From Eledone cirrhosa (Eukaryota), in the NCBI GenBank assembly GCA_964016885.1, contig OZ024762.1, positions 25,048,001-25,112,000 of the forward strand: a stretch of 64,000 bases of DNA. Direction: 5' to 3'. Both the position numbers and the translations under genes were made by a program. The number at the start of each line of letters is the position of its first letter. Positions within the stretch are counted from its first letter, which is position 1. The notes under the pieces are model-generated. The model was given only the letters and a program-made list of their open reading frames with translations. It was not told the origin of the DNA and did not search any database. Positions 61,745 through 64,000 of the stretch are shown one piece after another.

Positions 61745-64000
61745 TATTGTTATACTTGGGAAGGGTCATATTTGTGTAATATTGCCAGAATTAATAACAG
61801 AACACACTCACTGTTTGGTTGGTTTTCGCTTTTCGCTTCTGTGTCTTTTATATCTGTAATCTAACTTACTCGGTCCTCAATGTTGCCATTGACTGACCGA
61901 CGGTCAAAAATAATACAGATACAATATAGACACAAACACATATATATAGTTTATCATAAATCTTTCGTTGCACATCTGCAACATCGTCAGTGGTGCTATT
62001 CTTTCCTCCCGTTGTATTGTATGTCTACGCCATTTTTATTCAGTCTGTCTATATATTTATTTATTTATTTGCTTGTTTGTTTATTTTATTTTGTCTTCTT
62101 TGCGCATGCGTTTGCGTGTGTGTATAGTGTTTTGTTTGATGTGTGATGTGTGTTCATGATTGGGTGACTAGTGTGTGTTTATGTGCTTGTGTATGTATTT
62201 ATTTATTTATTTATTTATTTTATTTTATTTACTTATTTATACTTCTCGTAGGTCAGTGTTGTTTAGTATAGCTAGGATATCCTACTTCCTCTCAATGGTT
62301 ATACGCCCCATAACCAAGATGTCCCCAGATGTATGTGATAGTACTGAGGACCCCCTCAGCAGAATCAGTGAGTGCAACAAAAACAGGAACCTGTCCAACT
62401 GCATAATAGGCAGCATGGATGTGGTATCACTGTACCCATCCATTAACATTGATTTTGCTGTGGAAAAATGTGTGGAGTTGATCGTTGAGAGTGAGTTGGA
62501 GTTCTGCGACGTCGACACAGACGAACTGGGCCTCCTACTTAGACTTACCTACGACACTGACTACCTAGACAGCCATGACCTTTGACGATTCTGCCCTAGT
62601 AGACCCATAAAAGGTAGACCCCCCACCATAACCTCAATGGCAAAAAAGACTCCCATGGGAAGGTGGATTGGGTGGACCAAAGCTATACGGACCCCCCAAA
62701 ACTATGATCAGGTAAGAAACATGGTCGCACATGCAATAGGGGCTAGTATCAAAACTACCCATATTTAAGTTCAACGAGAAGATCTACACCCAAAATGAGG
62801 GAGCAGCCATTGGCGTCAGCATAGCCGGTGATGTTGCCAACCTTTACATGGTATAGTGGGAAAGGAGACTTAAAGACCTCCTTAATGAGAGCTCCATAGA
62901 CCTCATCATGTACTCTCGTTATGTAGACGATATCAATATAGTTATAAGAATATCCCCACTAGAGAGCACTAACAAGTTTGATTTAGAACGTAGCACGATG
63001 GAAAGCATCCAGCAGATAGCTAATTCCATACACCAGAGCATAACTGTAACTATCTACTTCCCTTCCAAACACCCTAACAATAGACTACCTGTATTAGACA
63101 CAGAACTCTGGAGTAACACTATAGACGAGAGAGCCCAAATTCTACACTCACACTATGCTAAACCCATGACCTCCAAATACCTGATACTCAAAAACTCAGC
63201 AATGTCCAGTAGTGCTAAGTTTAATATGCTGATCGCAGATTTGGTACGAGTGATGAAGAATGTGTCCAGCATGTGCGACCCAACAGAAATGGAAAGACAC
63301 ATCCAACACTTCGTAAACCGCATGCAGTTCTCTGGCTACAACCAAAGAGACAGAATCAGAGTATACGAGGGAGCCATGGAGAAGTATAAGGCCCTCATAG
63401 AAGTGGACATGAAAGGAATTTCCTCATTATACAGGAGCAAATCATGGAATAGCTTAGATAGGGCTAGACATAAGATAGGGAAAGCCACCTCATGGCACGA
63501 CAACCAGAGATACCAGAGTGTCATGTATGTGGACGCTACCCCTGGAGGGAAATTAGCTAACCAGTGTAGAAAGGCCCTGAGAAAGACCCACTTAAAAATT
63601 AAGGTGGTAGAAAAGCCAGGAACCACCATAAAATCCCTGATCAGCAAAACCTACCCTTTTAAGATAACCCACTGTACCAATAGGAAATGTATCATATGTA
63701 AGGTAAACCCCCGGATAAACTGTAAAACTAGAAACGTAGTCTATAGCATAAGATGTACAGAGGGTACTTGCAGAAACATGACAACAACATACATAGGTGA
63801 GACAGCTCGTAGCATAGGTGAAAGGATAGACCAACACTGGGGGGAACTAAAGGACGAAAAAATGGGTCAGTACTATACGACCATGCCAGACAACAACATG
63901 ACGGTAGCATAGACAACATAGAAATTAGAATAATATCTAAACATAGAAATGACCCAGCAGATAGGCAAATCAGATAGGCCAGTGAAATAGAACTTAAAAG
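61745..64000 (+). mobile_element. Neptune-type Penelope-like element: inverted pLTR (~61745-62265) + disrupted RT/GIY-YIG ORF (~62270 to window end)
   Basis: GSMDVVSLYPSI; GAAIG; YSRYVDDI; RLPVLD; HYAKP; FSGY; CTNRKCIIC linker; NVVYSI..YIGETARSIGER; stops at 62583 and 62854 plus frameshifts. Confidence 0.9.
61953..61994 (-). ncRNA. Type I hammerhead with an extra nucleotide after A9, in the inverted pLTR
   Basis: Minus: acca-CTGACGA-t-gttgca-gatg-tgcaac-GAAA-gatt-TA-tgat. Confidence 0.75.

Overview
AT-rich, microsatellite-saturated eukaryotic DNA with no recognisable host exon. The repeat content is most consistent with a cephalopod (Octopus-like) intergenic or intronic region; this is an inference. 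Almost all ORFs in the track are translations of (TA)n, (CA)n, (GGT)n or (GAT)n tracts. The real coding remnants are Penelope-like retroelements (PLEs): three Naiad-type copies (CxC-x5-C-x5-C linker plus GIY-YIG; 27235-28510 -, 30975-31755 -, 34840-36755 +) and two Neptune-type copies (38583-38854 +, 62270-64000 +). There is also a 3' fragment of a CRE-like RLE non-LTR element, several tRNA-derived SINEs, a MITE and a possible Helitron. The main signal lies in the short unique islands between (TA)n tracts. Folding by eye shows about 20 complete type I hammerhead ribozyme (HHR) motifs plus several half or degenerate ones, from at least ten sequence families. They sit in PLE pseudo-LTRs, in small fold-back (palindrome + tail) insertions, in a ~165-bp unit and in a 422-bp tandem retrozyme-like repeat. 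Several families share non-canonical cores: U3-A8 with C13, A4, an extra nucleotide after A9, or U-U at the base of helix II. All structures were read manually and none was tested computationally or experimentally.
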